DNA of 64,000 nucleotides from Eledone cirrhosa (taxonomy: Eukaryota): positions 7,750,001 to 7,814,000 of the forward strand of contig OZ024755.1 in the NCBI GenBank assembly GCA_964016885.1. Reading direction: 5' to 3'. The translations under genes and the position numbers were made by a program. Of the stretch, positions 11,746 through 25,251 are shown piece after piece. Below the pieces are notes generated by a model. The model saw only the letters and a list, made by a program, of their open reading frames with translations. It had not been told where the DNA came from and did no database searches. How positions within the stretch are numbered: position 1 is the stretch's first letter; each line of letters starts with the position of its first letter.

Positions 11746-12179
11746 AGATGGGAGGGGAAGAATTGATCCTACGAGCGACCATATAAGGAATTCATTGATG
11801 GTGGTTCATTATTATATTTATTACGATGATGTTATTGATATGATATAGTGGTGAACATTGTCAGTGACAACAACACATAATACTGATAATGAGCCAAGTT
11901 AATCCTAGTTTCAGGGCGTTAACTGAAACAATAAGATAGTATCATCAATAGCAATGGCAATAAACTAGTGATGGCAAGATGTGATAGTAACTTTGAGAGA
12001 GTTTAAATTGATCCAAGTTAAGTCTCTCTCAATTATACTCAATCTGTCTCATTTTTATCCTTGTGAATGTTCCTGAGACATTATTACAGTTGATGAGATT
12101 GGGAATTCTGTGAATTGGCTTTGAATATGTTTTATAGTTACATCTGTAGTCCCTACAACTCTATGAAATTGTATGGGCG

Positions 12180-12180
12180 T

Positions 12181-12266
<86 letters not shown>

Positions 12267-12388
12267 ATAGTAACAGTAGTAGTAGCAGTAGTAGTTGCTG
12301 ATTCTGTTGTTGTTGGGTCTCATGTTGTTCCTACAACTCTATGGAATAGTATGGGCGTTAGTTGCAGTAGTGGTAGTAGTAGTAGTAT

Positions 12389-12437
<49 letters not shown>

Positions 12438-12440
12438 TGC
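12180..12440. repeat. (TAC)n/(TAG)n trinucleotide repeats with a duplicated spacer
   Basis: TAC run flips to TAG at ~12217; cctacaactctatg-aat-gtatgggcgtta occurs at ~12152 and ~12330. Confidence 0.9.
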
Positions 12441-12480
12441 TGATGTTGCTGTTGTCCTATAAAAAAAGTGTGTCTCGAAC

Positions 12481-12745
12481 CTAGAGATTCATCTGGCCGG
12501 TAGTTATCCAGGTTTCTGTGGCATGAAATGACTGAGAGTTGAAGAGTTCCTCCTGGACAGGACGGCAGTCCATTACAGGGTTAAACTCCCAGCTATTCTT
12601 GGTACCCATTTTCATGTGAGTATACAGAAGCAACATGAAATAAAATGTTTTGCTCAAGAGCGCAACACACAACCCGAGCTGATATCGATCCCACGACATT
12701 ATGATCGTAAGTCGAACAGACTTGCCACTAGGTCTAGCTCTTCCA
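12481..12745 (-). mobile_element. tRNA-derived SINE with CORE/V-type body
   Basis: Minus strand: tRNA-like head (cctagtggc...gggatcgatatc), ctcttgagcaaaacattttatttca, then aaccctgtaatggactgccgtcctgtccagg...catgccacagaaacc. Diverged relative at ~25565-25795 (-). Confidence 0.75.
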
Positions 12746-12974
12746 CTTGTTAGGACTGTTTATTTAGAAGTCTATGACTTGGTATAAGCGTTGTTGAATT
12801 TTAGTCGTCGTTGTTATTCGTAGCATATCTCGAATTCATACTTTTACTGTAGACGTTACCAGGGGTTAGTATCTATTTTGCTGTTGTTCCTTACTCCCTG
12901 TTCATTTCTTATCGAGCAGCGATATGTTCAAAGGTATTCCAGTCGCAACTATACAGCCTTTGTTTCGATTACTT

Positions 12975-13130
12975 AATCCCTAGTACTTGACTGGTACTTT
13001 ATTTCATAGATGCCTGAAAGATGAAAGGCAAAACTGAACTCTGTGGGATTCGAACTGGATATAACAAAAAAACAGAGCAAACTATCGCAGAACAGTTTGA
13101 TCGACGGTCTAACCACCCTAACAAATACAG
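12975..13130 (-). mobile_element. Diverged Deu/Nin-domain SINE
   Basis: ctggtacttttatttcatagatgcctgaaagatgaaaggcaaaactgaactc...ttcgaact is the reverse complement of a diverged Nin domain plus B-box. Confidence 0.65.
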
Positions 13131-13662
13131 CGCTCTAGTTAGAGACCAATATAAATTGGAGACTACAGATGCTAATCAAATATAACAATCTATCATGATG
13201 CCAGCAGTTGTGGGAAGATTTATTGATAATGGACCTAATAATAAAGACAAAAGTGAAGTGAAAATGTCTTTAAAAAGATATTGCTTTGTAGATGGTCAAA
13301 CAAAAATTAATAGAGCAAATTCTATACCTTATCTTTAATCTTAACCCTGTTTTGATACCAAACCGCACGAATCCGCCTTTCTGTATAAAACAGAACTTCC
13401 ATACAAAACTGTACATTTTAAAGTATATTTATCTAAAAACCTTCCATCATAGTTTTATGTAATACTAGTTTTGCGTTCGGATGCCCTTCCTAACACTAAC
13501 CAATTTTATCACCTCATACGACACGCAGTAATACTGTGTACGTAGATTAAATCCTATACATACAGCATGTCTGCTTTATATATAGCCATGCATAAGGACA
13601 GATAAACATTGAGTATAGAATATATTTCTTAAGTAAGTTTTGATATTTTGACATATATACAT

Positions 13663-13719
<57 letters not shown>

Positions 13720-14179
13720 CACCATCACCCCTATCACTACCAACATCAATCTCATCATCACCACCATCCCTACTACTACCACCAACATCATCATCATAAT
13801 CATCAACACAACCACCGTCAAAACCACCAACATCATGGATATATAGTTATCTCACATAAGTCTATTAGCATATATATATTGTGTTTCCGTGTTCTTCAAT
13901 TTAATAAAGATTAGAAATAATTCTTCGAGATACTCTTCCAGTCCCCATCCTAAATAACCATTTCTTTTATTCGGATTAAGTACAAGATTTATCATGAAAT
14001 TATCAACTTAATATTTTTATAATCTGATAGAATTTTCCAGATTAATGAAGAATTTTCGCTGATGGTTTCCCAATTTTAACAAAATATATAAAACAAGGAA
14101 TCTATTTCAATTATATGTAAAGGATTCTAATTTTTGTTTTGTTAGACACGACAATTTTACAGCTACAACAACAAAAAAG

Positions 14180-14700
14180 AAATTATGACTATTGTTGTTG
14201 TTATTTTTACTGCCACTATCATCATCACTACAACTAATACTACCAGTAGTACCACCATTACCACTATTATTATTGATATTTTTAATACCACTACCACCAC
14301 CACTGCTAATACTACCTCCATATATACAAGCACAACCACCAACACAATTGTGCTACCACCATTGCCACTAATATTGTTATTTTTAATACCACTACCATCA
14401 CCACCTCTACTAATACTACCAGTATATCTATCACCACCACTACTATTGCTACCAGTAAAACTACTAACACTACCACTAATAACACTACCAATAAAATTAC
14501 CAGTATTACCACCACTACTACAAATACTACCATAATATCTACCACTACCACCACCACTACTAATCCTAGCACCACTGCCGCTACCATTAACACTCCCACC
14601 AAAATTACCTTCACTATCACCTCCACTACCACAACAATGACCATAACTACAACCATTACTACCACAACCACACCAACCTAACCACTACAGACACAACTAC
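14180..14700. repeat. Degenerate (ACT/ACC)n low-complexity tract
   Basis: Source of the poly-T/V ORFs; no coding signal. Confidence 0.85.
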
Positions 14701-14950
14701 ATGCATAACTACAATATAGTTCTAATTATACCAGTTTATAAGAAAAACAAAGAAATTTCAGCAGAAATTTTAAAACTAAATTTTAGTATTTCCTCCTCTC
14801 TTGTTTGCTTTTTTATATTTTAAAAGTAAGAAACAACATTTTCACACCACAATAGTTATTAACTGTTATCATAATTATCTGCATTGCGGCGACTATATTT
14901 TCAATTTATTAATGCTTCGAAGGTTATCCAATTGCATGGAATCCATTCGA

Positions 14951-15007
<57 letters not shown>

Positions 15008-15340
15008 TAGAGAGAGATTGTCTCCCAAAAATGTATTCACACTTAAACAGCATTCTAATAAATATTTCCTGTACAGGTAATCAAAGTGTGTATATTTTTG
15101 AGGGACAACATGTATATATATATGTATATATATATATATATATACAAAATATATATATATATACAAAATATATATATACAAAATATATATATATATATAT
15201 TTAAAGGTTAAACAAGATTCAATGAATAAATCAAAGAATGAGTTTTACAATAGATTGGAAGCACTCAACAAATTTGGTTTTCCGGAGTTATTAATATTAT
15301 TTCAAAATATTAACAAAATAGATATTCTGGTGATCAAGTA

Positions 15341-15407
15341 TATTTTATTATACATATTTCAGAGGTACTGAGTTAACTTCAACAGTACGTCCTCATCAGA
15401 TAAAATA
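15341..15407 (-). ncRNA. Type I hammerhead ribozyme with minimal palindromic stem III (family C)
   Basis: Minus strand reads tattttat CTGATGA ggacgtactg-ttgaagttaact-cagtacctct GAAA tatgtat a / ataaaata. 8-bp stem I; ~140 nt tail runs into TA at ~15200. Confidence 0.7.
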
Positions 15408-15409
15408 AG

Positions 15410-15587
15410 ATGATGCATGACATACCCTGACATAGTAGATGGTTAAGATTCAGTCATACCATGACTGAATCTTAACCATCTACTATGTCAGGGTATATCA
15501 TGCATCATGATCTTCCCAAAGTATAACAATATCGGTTTCAACACACGTTTTCAGATAAAGAATCTTGCTAAACAAATTCAGAAACGA
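15410..15587 (+). mobile_element. Family D fold-back element: 48-bp-arm palindrome plus tail into (TA)n
   Basis: Arms 15410-15457 and 15461-15508 with one mismatch; 3-nt loop. Confidence 0.75.
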
Positions 15588-15647
15588 TATATATATATAA
15601 ATATATATATATATATCTTTACAAAACATATCCAAAGAGCACAGACA

Positions 15648-15719
<72 letters not shown>

Positions 15720-15720
15720 A

Positions 15721-15878
15721 TATAAGGAAAAAAGATGAAATCGAAAATGCAACTGGAGTCTTTTTTTTTTAAATGACTCCAGTTGCATTTTCGATTTCAT
15801 CTTTTTTCCTTATACTTTTACTCGTGTAGGACACCTCGTTTTTTTTTTTCATTTTGTAAAAAAAAGCTCACTTTCTAA
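15721..15878 (+). mobile_element. Family F fold-back element: perfect 40-bp inverted arms plus tail into TA
   Basis: Arms 15721-15760 and 15775-15814. Confidence 0.65.
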
Positions 15879-16694
15879 TATATATAGTTTATCTGTGCTC
15901 TTAAAATGCATAAAAGACTAGAAAAATATATAATAGCGTCTCTACGACAGACTAAATCCCTTCAAGTCGTTGGCCAAGCATGGTCGCAATCTAAAGACTG
16001 AAACCAGTTAAAGAACATTAGTAAGGTGAGTTTTACTTGATGTCATTTTGTCTGAGACCCAATAAACTGCAGAAGAAAAGCTAAAAATTACCATAAAGAC
16101 GAATGAAATAGTTTGACTGGGGAAAAATAAGATTTGTATAAAGAAGCAAATGAAAGTACAGACCATAACTGATGGTCAGTCTCTATAGAGCAATAGAAAA
16201 AAATCATTCATCGAGGGACTTTGTGATAAAAAAGGATAAATAAAAATAGAAAACACTTCATATCATTGCCTATTTTGTTCACAGCTTAAACGTTTAATCT
16301 CTCGTAGGTTCATAAAACTCTTTCCCATTTCCATAACATATAAAAAAAAAATCTAAGCTCCCTTTCCTTCCTCTTATTGCTGAACATTTATACGACCAAT
16401 TACCCTGGTGGTGGTAAAACTTGCTTCTTTTTTATTGATTAATTCACTGACCCATATTGACCCTATTTTTACCATGTGCTGTGGAAGCTCGTAAGAAAGA
16501 AACATTAATAAGTCAGCAACTTCCCTCTGGTTACCAAAGGAACTGTAAGCAGAAAATCCTTTCAGTATATATTTGTTGTTGTGTTTGTTTCTTTCTTCTT
16601 CTCTATCGAACATCTGCTGCTGTCGCTGTAATATGATCAGTGTTTTAGACATTCTATATAGGAAACATTACATTTCCACAGCAACTGGAATGGA

Positions 16695-16880
16695 CTTACA
16701 TCGGTTTCGACGACGACTGTTCCATATTTTCGATCAGCGGAATACCCTGCTCATGAAATTAAGGTGTGAGTGGCTGAGTATTTTACAAACACGTGTAACA
16801 TTAACGTAATTCTCAGCAGGATTCAGCGCGATGAAGTGTGACAAGTTTGGCTCCTTTAATTACAGGTAAAGTCCATCGGG
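16695..16880 (-). mobile_element. SINE 3' tail fragment
   Basis: Reverse complement (ttgtcacac...ctgagaattacgttaa...tactcagccac...ttaatttcatgagcagg) matches the tails of the SINE copies at 19955-20250 and 28900-29245. Confidence 0.7.
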
Positions 16881-17169
16881 CAGTCTTCCATCTATCAACA
16901 TTTAATCTTAAGACATGAGTCAACGTCTCAGGCTGAAGTCGAAGCAGCACAGTTAAAATGCACGTAGGGGCATTTTTAATCATCGAGGAGCTAATCTTCC
17001 AGGTGTGGGGCACATTTTTCTTCTTTTGAGAAAGAAAGGGTTTGAAAGGAAGGTTGAAACGCTAAGCTGACCTCGGCGTGATTTGAACTCAGAGCGTTTT
17101 CTATTATAACTCCCATTCTAATAACACTGCCTGTGTATGTGTGTGTTTTACATGCACACGCACACACAA

Positions 17170-17206
<37 letters not shown>

Positions 17207-17391
17207 CGAACTTATATGCTTATATATATATACACTTATGTATATGTTTAAATATATAAATAAATATATACATATACTAACTTATATGATTATATATACA
17301 TATATATAAATACCTTATGTATATGTTTATATATATATACATACCCTTATGTATATATATATACCCTTATGTATATATATATACCCTTATG

Positions 17392-17445
<54 letters not shown>

Positions 17446-17867
17446 CATACATACACACGCACACACCGTGTTGTTTCTTTGCACTCACACAGAAATTCAT
17501 ATTTTCTTTGCAAGGACTTTAACGTAACAAGTATGAAAAGTTGCTTGGAGTTACTATGAGGAGAAACATTAGCAGTGTTCGTTAGTGTTAAATTGGCAGA
17601 AAGTTCAGGGGACACACACATCCCTTGTCTATCATATATTGAAACAAGTGGACTCTATTGGGAAATGGACATGTCAAATATTAAGTAGCTAAACAAATTG
17701 AATTATCACGACTGAACCATCTTGTTTCATAGCAAACGTTTCATGTTACAAAATATTTTATAATCTCAAGGAACACGGTCCGTCTGTAAATTAGCGCAGT
17801 TTCTTTCTCGCGATATTTTGTTTTCGTAATGTTTATATTCGTAGTGTTTGATATCGTTTTTATTTTA

Positions 17868-17898
<31 letters not shown>

Positions 17899-19066
17899 CT
17901 TGTTACCTTTTAAATATATGTTTGTTTTGTTTTTTTTGTTTGCTGAAAATTAGTATACATATTTGGATTTAGTTTTTATTTTGTTTAGTTTGCAGGAAGG
18001 GGGTATGACCAAAGTTTTCCAAGCCCTCTGAGACCGGTGAGATCGTTAGGGTTAATTTTCGTTTTAAAGATTTGTAATACGATGGATGTAGAAGAAATAT
18101 GAGCAGGGAGGGGGTAATTACAGAGGGGTGAATGTTCTAAGGTAAAAAAAAAAGCCCAGGCGTATGGGATAACTAGAATGTGGAAATTAATATCAAACAC
18201 AATCTCTTTGATAATTATAGGTGCTATATTAATTGTCTAAAAGGACACAAAATACAGAAAATAAACTGAACTACTTACATACGTCCAAAATAAACAGGAG
18301 TATTAGGCACTGCACGTATATTCCGAAGTCAACCAGCAATAGAAAACACAAAGCCAAAACGAATCATGTAGTAGAAATATTACTAAAAAATACAATATGT
18401 GTAAAGCTATCTTTCATGGGCTGATTTTCTGTCTTCCGCAAGGGAGAGGACTTTCTGAAAAATGTAACTCTTATTTACTCAAATCAGAAGAATCATATAT
18501 ATATTGTATGTATTTATAATTACTAAATATTTATATTCGTATAATACAATTGTGTCCGCTTCATGTAGTTTCTTTAGTACATATTAACCAGAATTCAATA
18601 ACTAAAACCCATGTTAAATTATATTATCCATGGTTAGTGAAAGGAGTACACATTTTGAGAGTGATATATAAAACAGGTATACATAATTCTACTATAACCT
18701 CGAGTTGACCAACGACTTGTGAATGGAATTTGTTTTGTTTATTAATGTAGTATATTTCACTCTGCTGAAAATAAATTGTAGCTGGGAGTTAGACCTGCTA
18801 TGAAGTGGGGTTATCTCTAGAGAGGAGGCTTCTATTTTCAGTCCCTTAATGACAATGAAACCAATGTGAGTCCTGTGCAATCGTATCATTTGATTCATGG
18901 CCTTTATATTAATAAAGGTTTGAGGATTAGATAAAGTAACTATATTATTTCCGAGCACCTAAAAAGTAAGCGAGATAGGATGATGTGATGCAGATTCTTG
19001 AATCGGGTTTCAGGGTAACGAAAGTAAGGTTGTTTGAACAGTTATCTTACGATTTGTATTGTCTAG

Positions 19067-19313
19067 CCCTTTAGCATTTAAACCGGCCATATCTGGCCAG
19101 AATTCTCTCACCTCTTTCTGTTCAAACCAGCTGTAACCAGCCACACATACTTATATTAAGGTATTGTTCTCAAAATGAATAATATAAAAATCTCATAGAT
19201 TCGATATTATGTGAGATATTATGTAAAATACAATAGTATATAGAGTAATGTAGACAATAGTATATATAGAGTAATATATAGAGTAGTATATATATAGAGA
19301 GAATGCTAAAGGG
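19067..19313. mobile_element. piggyBac-like MITE
   Basis: Perfect 12-bp TIRs CCCTTTAGCATT / AATGCTAAAGGG with CCC..GGG termini; degenerate TTAA-like flanks. Confidence 0.7.
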
Positions 19314-19690
19314 TTAGAGGTTGTTATCACACACTTGCTGTTTTAGAAAAGGTCACTCGCTTCTGAACATCGACGGGCTGGATGTTAAGTGGGAAGGTGG
19401 CAATTGCGGAAGATATACTAACAGCACAATGTTGGTTCAAGGTTGATGGTTAAAACGAGTCTTTCCATAGATGGTTCATACTAATTGAAATGCCTCCCGT
19501 TGGAAAGAAAGATGATGATGATGTTGGGGATGAAGACGACGGTAGCAACGATGATGATGATGATGATGATGATGGCGATTTTATATTTACTGTGGATGAA
19601 AGATAAATTTGCTTTTCTTTATATGTACATACACGCACACACACATTATGTATATATATATAAAGAATTAATGTACAAACACAAATATAC

Positions 19691-19736
<46 letters not shown>

Positions 19737-19954
19737 TATTTGCGTGTGTACATTAATTCTTTGCTGAGGGAGAAAAAGGGATACACAAAGAATGAATTTT
19801 ATTGCATTAGATACAAAAAAAAACTTATTAAAACATATCATGTGAGAATTGTACAAAACAAATAAAAAGATTCTGATATCTGATATATGGTTGAATTTAT
19901 GAGGTTGTTCCGTACATATAAAATCTAATATAGTACAGTACTATGTGAAGATTC

Positions 19955-20250
19955 GTAGCTTAGTGTGGTTAGGGTATTCGGCTTACGATCGTAAGTTAGT
20001 AAATTCAATCCCGGGTAACGTGTAGCGTCTTTGAGCAAGATACTTTATTTGATATCATTCCAGGCAAAACTGAATTGTACCGTAATTGAAATGACCAGCT
20101 TTGTCTAACAATATTCCACACTGTATCTTTCTGAGAACTACATTAAATGTACACGTGACTGTGGAGTCACTTGTACATTAGTTTCATGAGCAGAATATTC
20201 TTTTGATCGAACAACTGAAACACTCCCCCTCGAAACCGACTGAGGTCCAA
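19955..20250 (+). mobile_element. tRNA-derived CORE-type SINE
   Basis: A-box-like tagcttagtgtgg, B-box-like aattcaatccc, CORE-like tctttgagcaagatactttattt, shared 3' tail. Confidence 0.7.
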
Positions 20251-21211
20251 CACAGTACTAGCGCACCCGTCATACACATAGTTTCTAAGTTTGTAAAACA
20301 TGGTAGAGGAACATATTAGGCAGATTGGGTGGAAAATAGGATTAGAATTGTATTTAGAAGTTGTATTAGTTTTTTTTTTGGGGGGGGGGGGTAGTTATAT
20401 TACTTGATGATGTTTTATATTTTCAAACTTTAAAAGTAAAAATATAAAATTGTTGCAAATTGTGGAGCAATTTTCGAAAGCAAAGCTGTATATGTTGACA
20501 TCGATATAATATTAATAGAAATTAGTGTTTTTTTACAAATTGAATATTTTGCTTCGATGCATAAAACGGCCTGAAATGAAAAAAACAACAAAAAGCAAAA
20601 CAAAACAACAACAACATAATAATAAATAATTAAATAAATAAATAAATAAATACAGGAATTTTCAAAAGCATCTGAAATACAGTGTGTTTGTCTCTTTGAA
20701 GAAATAAAGAAATTAAAACCAAACGGTATGGAGGAAAAAGTCAGAGAGGCAGATTCAGAGAGATACAGATAGAGATATAGAGAGGGAAGGGGTAGATAAA
20801 GAGACAGGCAGACAGACAGATAGGGACGGTGTGGGAGAACAAAAGGCCCAAACAGAAGGACTTCGGACGTCATAGATCAGGAACTGCATTGAAAAGAGTG
20901 TTTGCGCTACATTGGTCACGTTGCAATGACTTTAAACCGAAAAGACGAGGCTTTGTAGTTTGGCAGCAGCACCACATCCACCAACACCCATCCACATATC
21001 CACACACACCACATTACCAACACTACCACCACCATCACCGCATCATTACCAGCAGCAATACACTCTCCACACTTTACAAGATACTTTGCTGTTGTCAGTC
21101 ATATTAGAGGATAATTTGTCGCAATAACAGCGAAAATTTTATCAGAGACATCAAAGATATGACACAAGACTTCTCGCTCTTTTCAATCGACACAACTACC
21201 AAACATGGCTT

Positions 21212-21257
<46 letters not shown>

Positions 21258-21899
21258 TCTCTCTCCCTCTCTGGCCCTCTCTATCTCTCTCTCTCTCTCT
21301 GGTTCTCTTTCCTTACTAGCAAAACTCCTTTGAGCTGCAGAACAAAAACACAATTATCTCTGCGTGTGTGTATATGATTGTGTTTTTATGTGTGCATGTA
21401 GTGTATGTATGTATATATGTATGTATATGTGGCCATGTGGTGTGCACGCATGTATCTGTGTGTGTGCATGTGTCTGAAGTGTGTGTGTGTATGTGTGAGG
21501 TTTCTGTGAGTGTATGTATTTGTGTCTAATCTGTTTATCTAGAGTGTCTGTAGTTTCTGTGAGTGTATCAGTGTATGTATGTATTTATGTATATATATGA
21601 TGTGTGTTGTGTGATGTATATTGTGTGTAGAGGTGGAGTAGGCCTCCAGTGGGTACATGTGTTAGTGTCAGCAGTGTGTGTGTGTGTAGAATATGTGTGT
21701 AGAGTGTGTATGTATAAATATATATAGCGAATTTATGTTTGATCGAGGACATGGAAAGAGAGAGCGAGAAGAGAGAAACCATGGAAGTGTGCGAGTGTCA
21801 GTTTGAATGTATGTGAACATCTCAAATATGGTCTGAGTGAGAGGATAGATATCAGTATGCTACATACATATATATCTATATATTTAACTATATCTATAC

Positions 21900-22072
<173 letters not shown>

Positions 22073-22249
22073 TATATATATATGAGGGTTAGTATGGGTT
22101 GGTGAGCAAAGATACAAATATATGAACCCATGTATGTCCATGAGTATCAAGTAAAAGAAAAACAGGAGATAGAGAAGACGGAGGGTGTAGATAAATACAA
22201 AGTGTATATCTAGAAACAGACACACACAAACAATATATATATATATAAT

Positions 22250-22280
<31 letters not shown>

Positions 22281-22285
22281 ATGTA

Positions 22286-22357
<72 letters not shown>

Positions 22358-22654
22358 GGGAGGTGCCCCAGCATGGACTCAGCCGGATAGCTGGAACAGG
22401 TAAAAGAGCAAAAGAGTATATATATATATAATGTGCTCAAGCGCAGAAATGCTCTAAAGATAGCATATAAAATAACACCCTTAAAAGATGGAAAAAGAAG
22501 TTGCTGTCGGCCGCCATAAGGAATTGAACCGAATAATTTCCAGACTTTCATTATACTATATGTATACTTTATACATATATTCTCAGCGCTTCAAAAAGCC
22601 GAAAAATCTTGTTCGATGTTTACCCTTGGGTCCCCTGCTGGATGGTTATGTCCG

Positions 22655-22741
<87 letters not shown>

Positions 22742-22794
22742 AGCCAAAATGAAACGAAATTTCATTTCCCACTCTTAGTACGGCTGTTACTTAA

Positions 22795-22907
22795 ATATAA
22801 GTATGTATACGTACATACATATATGTATACAGACATACAGTAGTATGTATATATATATATACATACTACTGTATGTCTGTATACATATAAGTATGTACGT
22901 GTACATA

Positions 22908-22914
<7 letters not shown>
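22795..22914. repeat. ~120 bp palindrome centred on (TA)n
   Basis: tataagtatg...cagacatacagtagtatg(TA)n catactactgtatgtctg...catacttata with two mismatches. Confidence 0.85.
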
Positions 22915-22970
<56 letters not shown>

Positions 22971-22974
<4 letters not shown>

Positions 22975-23418
22975 AAATATGACCCCGACGGCAGAGCTGA
23001 AGCCGTTTCGACGGCTATTTCTGGACTAAATTAGAATTTTTAGCCTGGTGAATAAATAGCCGAACTTGTCAAGGGGGTACAACGCTTGACCGACTCCACT
23101 CACTCCCCATTGTTCTACAGGCAAGTTCAGCCACCCCTACCTCCACCAAATGCCATGATAGACTTATTTGTGTTTACAACAAAATTTAACCAATCGTCTT
23201 GACAACTACAATCTTCCCATTTAAGGAAGTACCCCCTTGACGAGTTCGGCTATTTATTCACCAGGCTAAAAATTCTAATTTAGTCCAAAAATAGCCGTCG
23301 AAACGGCTTGAGCTCTGCCGTCGGGGTCATACTTTTTCCTATTTCCCACTCTACTACCCTAAGTTTGGAGTAATCTGGTGCGTTATGGTCCATCTGGTTC
23401 CTTACCACAATTCCTTGG

Positions 23419-23420
<2 letters not shown>
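22971..23420 (+). mobile_element. Family A fold-back element (longest copy): ~110-bp inverted arms, ~148-bp spacer, fixed 3' tail into (TA)n
   Basis: Arms ~22971-23080 and ~23229-23338; tail cctatttcccactctactaccctaag...ccttaccac...gttATA shared with four other copies. Confidence 0.85.
23231..23327 (+). ncRNA. Type I hammerhead ribozyme, U3 variant with extended stem II (family A)
   Basis: Stem I cccc/gggg; core TTGACGA 23237-23243; G10.1-C11.1 plus cggctattt/aaatagccg; GAAA 23300-23303; stem III acggc/gccgt; GUC triplet (cut after 23322). The mirror copy at 22982-23078 (-) has core TTGACAA. Confidence 0.75.
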
Positions 23421-23482
<62 letters not shown>

Positions 23483-23823
23483 TCATACACATCTATACAC
23501 AATCACATAACTAGCTGTATGTGAGTTGTTTGGTGGTATATTTGTGACAACTGGAAAAAGTGGAAAAAGGTATTTTATGATATATGTGTGTCTCTGAACA
23601 TGTGTGTGTGTATATATAGATACATGTCTTTGTATGTGTGTCTTTATGTGTCACGTGCTGTACGTGTGTTAATGATGTAGTAAAGAACATCAATTACCGA
23701 AGACATTAAAAGCGAGTTATTGAATTAATCCACATCAACTTCGTTATGTTGGCTCTCACTGCTTCATTATACTCTAACTAATATGGGCCTCTTTATATAT
23801 ACAAACAAATTATATACATACAT

Positions 23824-23877
<54 letters not shown>

Positions 23878-23900
23878 ATGTATACATATATATTCGTGTG

Positions 23901-23950
<50 letters not shown>

Positions 23951-23991
23951 CATATATATATATGTATACATACATATATATATATATATAT

Positions 23992-24025
<34 letters not shown>

Positions 24026-24035
24026 GTATACATAC

Positions 24036-24109
<74 letters not shown>

Positions 24110-24136
24110 TATACATATATATACATATATATATAT

Positions 24137-24204
<68 letters not shown>

Positions 24205-24327
24205 TATACATATATATACATATATATACATATATATACATATATATATATATACACACATATATATATATACGTATACATATATATAGATATATATATA
24301 TTCATATACATATATATATATATGTGT

Positions 24328-24358
<31 letters not shown>

Positions 24359-24359
24359 G

Positions 24360-24536
<177 letters not shown>

Positions 24537-24552
24537 TATATATATATATATA

Positions 24553-24588
<36 letters not shown>

Positions 24589-24606
24589 TATATATATATA
24601 TATATA

Positions 24607-24641
<35 letters not shown>

Positions 24642-24701
24642 TTATATATATATATATATAGTATATATATATATATATATTCTTATATATATATATATAT
24701 A

Positions 24702-25082
<381 letters not shown>

Positions 25083-25196
25083 GTGTGTGTGTGACTGAAA
25101 CCAGTAAAGAAATATACATAAGTAAGTATATGTGTGTGTAAGAATGTATGTATAATCGTATACGTGCTGTAAATGTTGGTGTGTGTATATATGGGT

Positions 25197-25251
<55 letters not shown>

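Noticed and set aside
16681-17013. 66-aa ORF and neighbouring frames resembling a Tc1/mariner transposase fragment
   Set aside because: The nucleotide sequence matches the SINE tail seen at 20090-20250 and 29060-29245.
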